Positions 9,973 to 18,982 of a stretch of DNA of 64,000 bases are shown one piece after another. The stretch spans positions 148,898-212,897 of the forward strand of contig CAZFNL010000137.1 in NCBI GenBank assembly GCA_964520615.1, read 5' to 3'. Below the pieces are notes generated by a model, which had not been told where the DNA came from, searched no databases, and saw nothing but the letters and a program-made list of their open reading frames with translations. The position numbers and the translations under genes were made by a program. This DNA is from an uncultured Gammaproteobacteria bacterium. Lineage in GTDB: Bacteria > Patescibacteriota > Microgenomatia > 2-02-FULL-39-11. Position 1 is the first letter of the stretch. Every line of letters starts with the position of its first letter.

Positions 9973-10654
9973 AAGTTCCTGTATCCGACCAAAAACCGTC
10001 CAGCTTCGCCCATCTTAAAGTCGACCGTTTTATATACTGGTTATTTACGTCTGAAATCTCAAGTTCATTTCTCCATGACGGTTCACAATCCCTAATATAA
10101 TCAAATACATTATTATCATATATATAGACTCCAGGGACGACGTAATTACTTTTTGGCTCTTTAGGTTTTTCCTCGATTGCCGCTATTTTACTTGGGTCTT
10201 TGGTATCAAAGACGGGGACTCCAAAACGTCCCAGTTCCTTTTTATCCCCGACTTTCTTAAGAAAGATAAGGGCACCTTCCTTAAATGAGTCCACATCTTT
10301 CTTGATATTAGCATCAGTCGTATTGTCGCCAAGAATCACGGTAATATTACCGTTGTCAGAAAAGTCCTCAGCCAGAAGTAAAGCGTCGGCTATTCCCCCA
10401 TCCGGCCTTTCCTGGTAAGCATATTCCAAATGCTTGACCCCTAACTCTTTCCCGTTTTTCAGGACACTTATAAAGTCACCTGAGTGCGGACCGCTTGTGA
10501 CAAGGATTATTTCGGAAATACCCGCTTCAACCAAAGTCCTTATGGGATAAAAAACCATCGGCTGGTTATAGACCGGCAAAAGATGTTTGTTGGTGGCAAA
10601 TGTCAGAGGATAAAGCCTTGTTCCTAATCCGCCTGCGAGTATGACGCCTTTCAT
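9911..10654 (-). CDS. rmlA: Glucose-1-phosphate thymidylyltransferase (short form)
   Basis: MKGVILAGGLGTRLYPLTFATNKHLLPVYN is the nucleotidyltransferase signature. Size is 247 aa. Confidence 0.9.
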   Translation of the reverse strand: MKGVILAGGLGTRLYPLTFATNKHLLPVYNQPMVFYPIRTLVEAGISEIILVTSGPHSGDFISVLKNGKELGVKHLEYAYQERPDGGIADALLLAEDFSDNGNITVILGDNTTDANIKKDVDSFKEGALIFLKKVGDKKELGRFGVPVFDTKDPSKIAAIEEKPKEPKSNYVVPGVYIYDNNVFDYIRDCEPSWRNELEISDVNNQYIKRSTLRWAKLDGFWSDTGTFDTLYQANKYWAEKGRANEK

Positions 10655-10674
10655 AATTGGTACTTTACACGCTT

Positions 10675-10938
10675 TTAATGATAAATCGCACCTCTCAATA
10701 ATATTACTGCCAAAAGCGAGATGAGTAGATATTCTACCACAATTTTGGGATGCAGGTCATCTTCAGCCTGGTGATGTATGACCCCCCATATAAAGTAAGC
10801 AATACTTGTGCCTATCGCGACCAAAAACTGGCGATCCGGATATCCGGCAAAAAAGGAAAAAGTCAAAAGGCCTATGGCCAGAATAAAAATTAAAATCATA
10901 TAGTGCATCACATGGACATGTGCGTTTGTGCTTTTCAT
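10675..10938 (-). CDS. Small His-rich membrane protein, function unknown
   Basis: 87 aa with 2-3 hydrophobic helices and HVHVMH / HHQAEDDLH motifs. Confidence 0.4.
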   Translation of the reverse strand: MKSTNAHVHVMHYMILIFILAIGLLTFSFFAGYPDRQFLVAIGTSIAYFIWGVIHHQAEDDLHPKIVVEYLLISLLAVILLRGAIYH

Positions 10939-11027
10939 AAGAATACTCCACTAAATTATAACGTAACTCCGATACACGAAGCGCCTAAATATTGCCAACT
11001 GCATAAATAAACAGACTTATCAAAAAA

Positions 11028-11933
11028 TTACAATATTACCCCAATACCGGTAGCACCCATCGCCCCAATAAGAGCTGCCAGAAATATTATGTGAGCGAGA
11101 CTATGGCCTGAAATCCTGGCTGGCTTAAATTTCCACATATAAAGGCTGTCCAGGAAAAGCACGATCAGAAGAACCTCTGCCAGTACTAGTGATACTGATT
11201 TGGAGACAGAGGCAGAAAGGATCAGAGGTTTGTTGCTGACCACGCTTGCTGGCGGTGGATTCTCCGCCTTGGTTTGTGTTGAGACTACAGGTAGGATTGT
11301 TGGAGTAGCTGTCGGTTCAGGCAAAGGATTATTTGAAGCAATATTATTTGTCTGTGGCTGGGATTGGGATCCAAACTCCTCAACCACGAGAGTAGTATCC
11401 TCACCTGTAAGCCTGCCGTTCATGACGGCAATACCGATATCAGTATATTCGGGCTTTAGAATATTTTCCCTGTGTGAGGGAGAATTCATCCATGCATCCA
11501 CCACTTCCTTGGAGGTATTAAAATCCTTGGCCAAGTTTTCACCTGCATAGACATAATGGTAGCCTGAGGCTGTAATAAAAGTCCAAGGAGTTGTCCCCGT
11601 AGGGGAAATATGGGCCCAATAATTTTTGTCAAACATATCTGTTGCTTTTTGTGTTGCGGCCGCGTCCAACTCGGAATTCAGTTTCAGGGATGAAAGCCCC
11701 CTACTGGTGCGCTCCTGATTGACATAGTAGAGTACCCTGTCGATATTTATATCTGTTGCATACCCCAGGACATTACCTCCGCTTCCTTTGTACAAACCGA
11801 TAATCATCTGAAATACGATAAGGAGCATGATGTAATAGACTATTACCCTGTGATGGAGGAGCCGCGCCCGGAAGTTATTGCTCTCATGAGGGAGAAAATA
11901 ATGATGAACGATGCGTCTGAATTTTTTCAGCAT
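11028..11933 (-). CDS. CAP/SCP/PR-1 domain secreted protein with N- and C-terminal TM segments
   Basis: YWAHISPTG...GENLAKDF...AWMNSPSHRENIL matches the CAP (YkwD-like) core. It has a Pro/Thr-rich linker and a C-terminal hydrophobic anchor. Confidence 0.7.
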   Translation of the reverse strand: MLKKFRRIVHHYFLPHESNNFRARLLHHRVIVYYIMLLIVFQMIIGLYKGSGGNVLGYATDINIDRVLYYVNQERTSRGLSSLKLNSELDAAATQKATDMFDKNYWAHISPTGTTPWTFITASGYHYVYAGENLAKDFNTSKEVVDAWMNSPSHRENILKPEYTDIGIAVMNGRLTGEDTTLVVEEFGSQSQPQTNNIASNNPLPEPTATPTILPVVSTQTKAENPPPASVVSNKPLILSASVSKSVSLVLAEVLLIVLFLDSLYMWKFKPARISGHSLAHIIFLAALIGAMGATGIGVIL

Positions 11934-11988
11934 TAATTACCATTTTTGCAGAATTTTCCCTTCAGTTCAAGACAAAGATTAAAGTGGT

Positions 11989-12942
11989 TTAATAATTCGC
12001 AGATTTGGGAGTAGCCAGCTCAATTGCTCCGGAGTCAAGATTTGCTGAACCGGTTGATGTAAACCAGTTTTCGGCAAGTATCCCGTCACCTGGTGGATCA
12101 GCCCTCACCATGGAGCTTTTGGGGTCGATAGAACTACCTTCAAACCAACCTCCGGTATCATTTGCCACATCTATCACCGTATCCTTATAATCTCTAAGCA
12201 CCAACTGTTCCCCGCCATTGGAAAGATTCATAGACGGAAAAATAAAGTCTGGATCAATATCCAGTACAGAATTATCTTTATTGTAATGAGAGATAAGAAA
12301 ATATCCTTTCCCTAATATGGTACTTTCGGGCAAAACCGCATTAAGCGTTGTGGCGTTACCCAAATTTTCCACTGTCCATCCGGTCAAATCTATACTATGT
12401 GTGGTGGTATTTCTCAGCTCTATCCACTCATCTGCAGTGCTTTTACTGCTGCCTCCCCACATCACCTCATTTATGACTACATCTCCCGGTTGGGCCTCCA
12501 TCGTCACTGTAGATGTAGGAGTCGGAGACGGAGTCATCGAGAGTGTCGGAGTTGGAGTAGAAGAAGGAGTCGCTGTCGTTGTGGGAGTAACTGATGGTGT
12601 AACTGTGGGTTCGGGATTTCCTGTTGGAGATGGTGCAACTGTAGGTTCGGGAATGTTTGTTGGAGTCAAAGTCGGCGCAGGAACGTCTCCTGGAAGCCGC
12701 GGGAGCGGTCCTAGCGCCGGCAAAGGACGAAGTGTAGGTAGCGCCCGAAGAGTCGGCAATGGCGCGAATGTAGGAAAAGGATAGAGCCTGATTGTATCAA
12801 AATAATTAGTTGCCGGAGAAAATAAGGAAACAGAACCGGATGGTAAATACTGGGCATTTACAGTCATTACCTGACTAAAAAGTGTAAGCAATCCTAGAAA
12901 GGCTCCGAGTAAAAAATAACCTATTTTTATCTTGGGCAGCAT
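11989..12942 (-). CDS. Secreted lamin-tail-domain (LTD) protein with P/T-rich linker
   Basis: Signal peptide, then a PFPTFAPLPTLRALPTLRPLP repeat module, a long PT-rich linker, and the LTD core GDVVINEVMWGG...DEWIELRN...DLTGW. Confidence 0.7.
   Translation of the reverse strand: MLPKIKIGYFLLGAFLGLLTLFSQVMTVNAQYLPSGSVSLFSPATNYFDTIRLYPFPTFAPLPTLRALPTLRPLPALGPLPRLPGDVPAPTLTPTNIPEPTVAPSPTGNPEPTVTPSVTPTTTATPSSTPTPTLSMTPSPTPTSTVTMEAQPGDVVINEVMWGGSSKSTADEWIELRNTTTHSIDLTGWTVENLGNATTLNAVLPESTILGKGYFLISHYNKDNSVLDIDPDFIFPSMNLSNGGEQLVLRDYKDTVIDVANDTGGWFEGSSIDPKSSMVRADPPGDGILAENWFTSTGSANLDSGAIELATPKSANY
12688..12780 (-). repeat. Second copy of the FPTFAPLPTLR(A/P)LPTLRPLP module at the N-terminus of the LTD protein
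   Basis: 10 identical residues (FPTFAPLPTL) are shared with the C-terminal region of the gene at 13079..13747. Confidence 0.65.
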
Positions 12943-13011
12943 TTTTTCTAATAATCAATTTTAAGGACAGTAATTCCCTACAATACATGAAACAAAAATA
13001 AATATCAGTAA

Positions 13012-13040
13012 CTTATCATACGTAAAAGCAAACGTGACAA
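13012..13040 (-). promoter_or_regulatory. Candidate sigma70-like promoter for the LTD-protein gene
   Basis: On the minus strand, TTGTCA-17nt-GATAAG about 70 nt upstream of the ATG at 12942. Only 4/6 match to -10. Confidence 0.25.
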
Positions 13041-13078
13041 TTATTACAATAGATGGCCAAATCCTATGAAAAAAGGGG

Positions 13079-13747
13079 TTACCTCAGGGAACGGAGAGTG
13101 GGCAGAGGCCGGAGAGTCGGCAGCGGTCTTAGTGTCGGCAAAGTTCGTAATGTCGGCAAGACTGTATTTAATGTAGGCAAAGGTTTGAGTGTCGGCAAAG
13201 GCGCAAATGTCGGAAATGCCCGGTCGGCAGAATCCACTCCCGCAACAATGTCAAAAATTGTGCTTTTATCCTGGTACTGGTTGCCGGCGGCGGGATCCAT
13301 GCTAACCGTAAAAACATATGTTGTCTTTGACCTTTTGGCTACCTTGGACAGCCAGACTGGACCGCCATTATAGAAATCCGAAAGGGTTTTTATCCCCGTC
13401 TCACTGCCTTGTCCGTAAAGGACTGTGCCGTTTTCGGATATGATAATAAAAAGCGCCTGCGACAATTCCGGGGTGCCGGAATCGGAAAAATTGTAAGCCT
13501 CTATCCCCACAGTCCTTGTGTAAAGGTCAGTATTTTCCACCTCAATACTTTTTGTCACTGTTTTACCCGGCAACCAGTTGGTCTCGGAAAACATCGGGGT
13601 GGAAGGGAATGTCACTTTCAGCGGGCCAAAAGCGCGCACTATACTCATCGTATCACGGCTGGTCTGGTAGGCATTTATAGCTATACCCAAAAGTATAATT
13701 GCCAAAAAAAGTGTGATTATCCTTCTTATTATTTTTATTTTATTCAT
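13079..13747 (-). CDS. TasA/camelysin-like secreted protein with C-terminal PTLRPL tandem repeats
   Basis: Signal peptide. NWLPGKTVTKSIEVENTD parallels the TasA NLKPGDxLTKxFxFxNNG motif. The C-terminal 38 aa are PTL(K/R)PL repeats. Confidence 0.55.
   Translation of the reverse strand: MNKIKIIRRIITLFLAIILLGIAINAYQTSRDTMSIVRAFGPLKVTFPSTPMFSETNWLPGKTVTKSIEVENTDLYTRTVGIEAYNFSDSGTPELSQALFIIISENGTVLYGQGSETGIKTLSDFYNGGPVWLSKVAKRSKTTYVFTVSMDPAAGNQYQDKSTIFDIVAGVDSADRAFPTFAPLPTLKPLPTLNTVLPTLRTLPTLRPLPTLRPLPTLRSLR
13082..13195 (-). repeat. 18-bp (6-codon) tandem repeat encoding PTL(K/R)PL, about 6 units
   Basis: C-terminal PTLKPLPTLNTVLPTLRTLPTLRPLPTLRPLPTLRSLR. The DNA shows reiterated ...gtcggcaa(a/g)g... 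units. Confidence 0.7.
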
Positions 13748-13780
13748 GGTTTCTCTTTTCAGCTTCTTTTCCCGCTTTTA

Positions 13781-14095
13781 TTATTGGTTCCCGCTGCCCG
13801 TACTTTCACCTGTAGTATCCGGCAAAAGTCCTGCTGATACTGTAGCGGCATTACTCTCGCTTACTACATTTGGTGTTGGCGTCGGCGCGGATGTTGCAGC
13901 CGGTACTGAAAGATTTCCGGCAGCCAGCGTCCGGACGCTTGTAGTGAGATTTGCCGTCCAAGTGCCTGTGGTAAACACGTTTCCCGTGACTTGCGTATGA
14001 GCGGTAAACTGCGCGTATGACACACCCACAAGCATATCCAAAACCAACCCCAGCATGATTGTCAGAAAAAATATCTTAGGCGAAAACTTTATCAT
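13781..14095 (-). CDS. Small secreted protein with SipW-cognate-type signal peptide
   Basis: AQFTAHTQVTGNVFTTGTW after a hydrophobic segment mirrors the N-terminus of the TasA-like protein at 14697..15182. It overlaps the 3' end of sipW by 20 bp. Confidence 0.5.
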   Translation of the reverse strand: MIKFSPKIFFLTIMLGLVLDMLVGVSYAQFTAHTQVTGNVFTTGTWTANLTTSVRTLAAGNLSVPAATSAPTPTPNVVSESNAATVSAGLLPDTTGESTGSGNQ

Positions 14096-14624
14096 TTTTT
14101 ACTCTTTCCTCCAGACTCCTGATATAGCGAGTCAGTGAATAAAGTTCTGAAAGTATCAGAACTCCCCCGGGCAGCAATATGAAAAGCGCAAATCCCTGCA
14201 ATGTCTTTATAAATGCCACAAGATAACCTATACCGGGGATGACATTTATCATCCTGCCTTTAACTGCCGCAGCCGGCACTTCCCATGTGTCGGCGGCCGT
14301 GTTGGCATCCCCCTTCGTCCGGAAAAACTCTTGATTTCCTTTTTTTTCAAAAGACGCAATTCTATGCGTTATTATCCTGCCCGGAATATTGGGATCGTCA
14401 AAAGCAATAATATCGTTTACTTTAAGAGAAGATACAGGCGTTTTTGCCACCATCACTATATCGCCCGCTTCAAATACCGGACTCATGCTGCCTGAAAGGA
14501 CCACAAAAGATGAAAGCCCCAATATGGGTATCCTTTGCGCGAAAGTGATGAATGTAAAAAAAACCAGAAGGACCATCATCGTCCCGAAAAAGACATCCTT
14601 TATATAGTCAATGATATATTTCAT
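14076..14624 (-). CDS. sipW: Signal peptidase I, SipW (archaeal/ER) type
   Basis: VLSGSMSP (catalytic Ser box) and RTKGDANTAAD match B. subtilis SipW boxes (ILSGSMEP / KTKGDNNAAAD). It has a C-terminal TM helix. Confidence 0.85.
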   Translation of the reverse strand: MKYIIDYIKDVFFGTMMVLLVFFTFITFAQRIPILGLSSFVVLSGSMSPVFEAGDIVMVAKTPVSSLKVNDIIAFDDPNIPGRIITHRIASFEKKGNQEFFRTKGDANTAADTWEVPAAAVKGRMINVIPGIGYLVAFIKTLQGFALFILLPGGVLILSELYSLTRYIRSLEERVKNDKVFA

Positions 14625-14696
14625 AATTTATTTTTTAATTTATCCCTGGTAGGGGATAGACCTCGTACCAATCGTCTATCCCCCACCATCGTCCGC

Positions 14697-15182
14697 TTAC
14701 AACTGACTACCGCTAAAGTTAAATGTTACGTTTGATGTTTGATTCTGTACCGTATTGCCTGCGTCCAGTAACTGAACATGGAAAGTCAATTGATCCTGTA
14801 ACCCATGATTCACATTCCTATTCGGTATTACCAATGAATTTACACCGGTAGGTCCAGCTATTATTGTGCTATTTGATGTATCATAAACACTAACCTCAAG
14901 ATATGGATCCAGTGTGGGATTAGTTCCGGCCGCCGTCCCGTTATATGTCATATTTAATGACCCGCCGTTAATGACGTTTAATGTAGCGTTCACGGTGTCT
15001 CCCGGCTTCATATTTGACGCTGAGATAAAACCGGATGAATTACTTGTTGATAGAACTAGATTTCCTGTTGTAAATACGTTTCCAGAATTTGTTGCTGATG
15101 CTGTAAACGTAGCAAAGGTTGCTGCACCGATAAAAAGACTGACCGCCCCGATAGACAGGACACTTGTAAGTATCCTTTTCAT
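14697..15182 (-). CDS. TasA/camelysin family (peptidase M73-like) secreted protein
   Basis: GAATFATFTASATNSGNVFTTGNLVLS...SNMKPGDTVNATLNVINGGSL aligns with the TasA N-terminal region (AAFNDI...FASGTLDLS...NLKPGD...ENNGSL). Confidence 0.8.
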   Translation of the reverse strand: MKRILTSVLSIGAVSLFIGAATFATFTASATNSGNVFTTGNLVLSTSNSSGFISASNMKPGDTVNATLNVINGGSLNMTYNGTAAGTNPTLDPYLEVSVYDTSNSTIIAGPTGVNSLVIPNRNVNHGLQDQLTFHVQLLDAGNTVQNQTSNVTFNFSGSQL

Positions 15183-15653
15183 TTATTTCTCACCTCCTTC
15201 CCGCAAAAAAATACCACTCCATAAGGAGCGGCTTTCACCATTGATAATTCTATATTTAGTTGTGGAACCGGAGGCGGGCAGAGCCATCGTATAAAATAAA
15301 AAATTTACCTCCGCTGGCGGTCGGCAAGTATTAAACCGTTCCCCATCATAATGTAAAAAAAATGAATGTCAACTGTGAAATAATAGAGAAAAATATGAAA
15401 AAGTATATCAATTTTCAGAACCGATATAGTGTGTTCTTTTTATTTATATTTTGTTCCGTATGATCTTCTACGGACGTTCACAAAGGCACAAAATGGAGCG
15501 CTGTATCCGATTTTATTGAAAAGTTGTGTTATACTTCTTGCACTTGAAATTGCAATCAGCATGTACCCTTCTAGACTGATTTAGTAACATTTTTCTTGCG
15601 AAAAAGTTTCAAAATACAGTAAGAAGGGTATATACTCTATTACTCATATTGAT

Positions 15654-17153
15654 ATGAAAGACTGGATCAAACAGCTTTTTAGCGTATATTTTGTCCGATT
15701 ATTCCCTCTTGCAGTTGTCTTCGTAGGATCACTTTTTAATCCGGCCGATTCGGACCTGGGCTGGCACTTGCGATACGGCGAGTATTTTTTCCGGCACCAT
15801 GCCATCCTCACCAGAAACCTCTTTTCCTCAGAAATGGTAAATTACGACTGGGTCAACCACTCATGGGGGACTGATATCATCACTTACTTTACATACCACC
15901 ATTTCGGCTTTTTCGGCCTCTCTGTACTGGGGGCTCTGGTGGTAGTAGCAACTATGTATTTTTTCTCCAAGGCGGCAAAACTCAACTTTTGGCAACAGGC
16001 AGTACTTTTCCCTATCCTTTTATACCTTGAAGAACCCCTGACAATTATCTCTTTCCGCTCGCAGCTGATGACTCTGGGATTTATTGGACTTGTATATTTT
16101 TTCATCTCCAAATTTGAAGAAAAAAAATACAAATGGCTTTTTGGGGTAGTACCAATGTTTCTTGTCTGGAGTAATCTTCATGGGGAATTCATACTGGGGC
16201 TGGGAGTTTTTGCCGGCTGGATAGGGATATACACATTGAGGCTTCTTTATGACAAATATATCAAAAAGCTGGAAACCGATTTCAGAGAATGGCGGATACT
16301 TACCACATCATTCCTGCTTTCTTTTGCCGCTACATTTATAAATCCTTTTACATGGCGCGTCTACCAGGAAGCGATGCACCACTTTGACAATCCTCTGCAG
16401 AAATATATTGTCGAGTGGACGCCTTTTGATACCGGCAGCACCCTCTGGTGGCGACTGGTCTATTGGGGAATACTCCTTGCCCTAAGCCTTATTATAATTG
16501 CCAAAAAGAAACAGCTAAAAAGACTCTTTCCGTATATAAGCCTCATGCTCCTTCTTTTTGTTTTTTCCTTTTGGATGAGGAGATATACCTGGCCGATGTT
16601 TCTTGTTTCCATCCCTGTTGTCGCTGTATTTGTCAAAGCCATAGAACCGCCAAACAAAAAAATATCGGCAATCTTTGCTACGTTCCTTTTGGCTGCTTAT
16701 TACTTTTATTCCATATTTATACACAACCAGTCAGCACTCCTAAGGTCCATGTCTTGGGATTTTTACTGCAAGATATATATATTCTGTTCACCCAAATCAG
16801 CCCAATATCTTGTGGAACACAAACCTGCCGGCAAAATGCTGACTTTTTACAACTGGGGAGGCTGGCTCATCTGGAATTACCCCGATATAAAACCGTCAAT
16901 GGACGGACGCATGCCTTTCTGGAAAGATGACCACGGCTATAGTGCTTTTGCACATTATTACCCTCTCGAGCAGAATATGGCAAATGTCGACGCTTCCGAA
17001 TATGACGAAATCTATATCCCGCCGACCAAACCCATATACAAACAGATGCTCAAACTTGTAGATGAAGGGCGCTGGAAAATAGTCTACCAGGATATATATG
17101 CGGGTATATTTGTCCGCAACGATATAAAACAAACAATCGGACCCCCGCTTTAG
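15654..17153 (+). CDS. Polytopic membrane protein, putative GT-C-like glycosyltransferase
   Basis: 499 aa with about 11 TM helices. It has an N-terminal DLGWHLRYGEYF loop and a C-terminal soluble domain. No specific family is recognised. Confidence 0.45.
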   Translation: MKDWIKQLFSVYFVRLFPLAVVFVGSLFNPADSDLGWHLRYGEYFFRHHAILTRNLFSSEMVNYDWVNHSWGTDIITYFTYHHFGFFGLSVLGALVVVATMYFFSKAAKLNFWQQAVLFPILLYLEEPLTIISFRSQLMTLGFIGLVYFFISKFEEKKYKWLFGVVPMFLVWSNLHGEFILGLGVFAGWIGIYTLRLLYDKYIKKLETDFREWRILTTSFLLSFAATFINPFTWRVYQEAMHHFDNPLQKYIVEWTPFDTGSTLWWRLVYWGILLALSLIIIAKKKQLKRLFPYISLMLLLFVFSFWMRRYTWPMFLVSIPVVAVFVKAIEPPNKKISAIFATFLLAAYYFYSIFIHNQSALLRSMSWDFYCKIYIFCSPKSAQYLVEHKPAGKMLTFYNWGGWLIWNYPDIKPSMDGRMPFWKDDHGYSAFAHYYPLEQNMANVDASEYDEIYIPPTKPIYKQMLKLVDEGRWKIVYQDIYAGIFVRNDIKQTIGPPL

Positions 17154-18595
17154 AATCTTCCCTTGCAAAAGTTAGGGAATCTTACGCACCAGCGCGCAAA
17201 TGGATTATACGGAGTAGGTGTCGGTGTTGATACTGATGGAGGATTGAAATTCGGTGTCGGAGTAAGTGTTGCAGTCGGTCTGGGAGTCGGAGTCAATGTC
17301 GGTGTAGGTGACGGAGAAGGAGTCGAGGTAGCTGTAGGAATCGGTGTAGCGGTAGGTACAACAATCTGGTTGTCCAATGCTTTTTCTATGCTGGATAAAG
17401 CATCTATCCTGCCGTACTGCCAGTAAAATCCCGTGCCGGGTATGTAGTCGGCCCCGCTTTCAATATCGTTTACCGCCGCTGTATTTGTCATCCCGTTTAT
17501 ACCAAAAAGAAGACCGGCTAGACCGGCCACGTGAGGAGAAGCCATGGAAGTACCGGAAAGATAACCGTAATTTTCCATCCCGATGGCATTTGGATGGTCC
17601 GGAAGAGTCGAGTAGACAGATACGCCGGGTGCGGCAACTGCCACCCAGCGGCCAAAGTTGGAAAATGAAGCACGGGAATCATTAATATCAGTAGCTGCTA
17701 CCGCAATCACATGGGAATAATAGGCCGGATAGAAAGGATAGGGTGAATTGTTGTTTCCTGCTGCAGCCACTACCACCACACCTTTATTCCAGGCATAATT
17801 TACCGCATTCTCAAGAGTCTGTGATGGATAAGGCCCGCCCAGGCTCATGTTTATCACGCTGGCTCCGTTATCGGCAGACCAGATGATACAATTTGCCAAC
17901 CACGAATAATATCCTGAACCGTCATCTCCTAGAGCTTTGGCGTTTATAAGAGAGGCATTGTAACCAACTCCCGCCACACCCACGCCATTGTTTGTTTCGG
18001 AAGCAGCGATTCCTGCCACATGCGTTCCATGTCCGAAAAGGTCATCCACTGTAGGACTATCAGTGCAATTGTGATTGGCGACAATCTTTCCCTTCAAGTC
18101 TTCATTGCTTTGGTCGATACCCGTATCCACTATGGCAATTCCCACTGAAGGACTACTTTTAACCAGACTCCAGGCGCTTCTACCCCTTCCGGCAGCATTT
18201 ATTTTATACATCCCCCACTGTAATCCCTGCAAAATCCCCGGATCATTGGTTTCCTCAGCTGTATATACCTTGTAGTCCGGCTCTGCATAAGCGACTCTGG
18301 GATCTTTACCCAATAATCCAACTGCTTTTTCCGGCGTCTGGCCGGAGGATAACCTGACCACTTCGGCGTCAAGCTTGGCTATATCTCCTTTTATTCTTTG
18401 GACTCTAATAAGCCGGTGGACGGAAAGTCTCTCATCTGAAGATAAATTCCTCTTGTATTTGATGATTACCGAATCAGTCTGTTCGTGCAAGTTGGGAGGA
18501 GATGGTAATTCCAAAGCGGTCAGTTTTGCCGGAAAAAAAAGGAAAACCAATAAACAGGATAAAAAGGCAAAAAGGAATATGGGCAGTTTCCTCAT
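17150..18595 (-). CDS. Subtilisin-like serine protease (peptidase S8) with I9 propeptide and C-terminal PT-rich tail
   Basis: Catalytic D (VDTGID), H (HGTHVAG) and S (GTSMASPHVAG) boxes. Signal peptide. C-terminal PTATPIPTATSTPSPSPTPTLTP linker. Confidence 0.9.
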   Translation of the reverse strand: MRKLPIFLFAFLSCLLVFLFFPAKLTALELPSPPNLHEQTDSVIIKYKRNLSSDERLSVHRLIRVQRIKGDIAKLDAEVVRLSSGQTPEKAVGLLGKDPRVAYAEPDYKVYTAEETNDPGILQGLQWGMYKINAAGRGRSAWSLVKSSPSVGIAIVDTGIDQSNEDLKGKIVANHNCTDSPTVDDLFGHGTHVAGIAASETNNGVGVAGVGYNASLINAKALGDDGSGYYSWLANCIIWSADNGASVINMSLGGPYPSQTLENAVNYAWNKGVVVVAAAGNNNSPYPFYPAYYSHVIAVAATDINDSRASFSNFGRWVAVAAPGVSVYSTLPDHPNAIGMENYGYLSGTSMASPHVAGLAGLLFGINGMTNTAAVNDIESGADYIPGTGFYWQYGRIDALSSIEKALDNQIVVPTATPIPTATSTPSPSPTPTLTPTPRPTATLTPTPNFNPPSVSTPTPTPYNPFARWCVRFPNFCKGRF

Positions 18596-18659
18596 GCTTT
18601 CTAAAGCGTACTACCTCACAAAACTCTTGTCAAACTGATAGGAAATTAGGACCTGATTG

Positions 18660-18980
18660 TCACTCGTAAACCGGCTCTACTTGAGAATCTTTACCCCCAT
18701 TGACCGGTATAACCAACAATTTGCCCAGAGCGTTTGCTACCGCGACCCCCACACGCAGTCCCGTGAAGGACCCGGGCCCGCGTACCACTTCAATTGCGTC
18801 TATATCCATTGGCTTAAGTTTATGCTGTTGAAGAATATTTCGTAAAAGAGGAAGAAGTGATTGCGATACCCAAAAGTCTTTCGTTTCCTGTGATATCTGA
18901 AATTTCTTTCCGCCGGTCACAAGGCTGACTGCAGTTTTTTTATTGTCGCTGGTATCAATATAAAGAATATTTTTTAGCAT
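18660..18980 (-). CDS. tsaB: tRNA t6A biosynthesis protein TsaB, short form (N-terminal domain only)
   Basis: GPGSFTGLRVGVAVANAL is the YeaZ/TsaB signature. It is only 106 aa. Confidence 0.6.
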   Translation of the reverse strand: MLKNILYIDTSDNKKTAVSLVTGGKKFQISQETKDFWVSQSLLPLLRNILQQHKLKPMDIDAIEVVRGPGSFTGLRVGVAVANALGKLLVIPVNGGKDSQVEPVYE

Positions 18981-18982
18981 GA

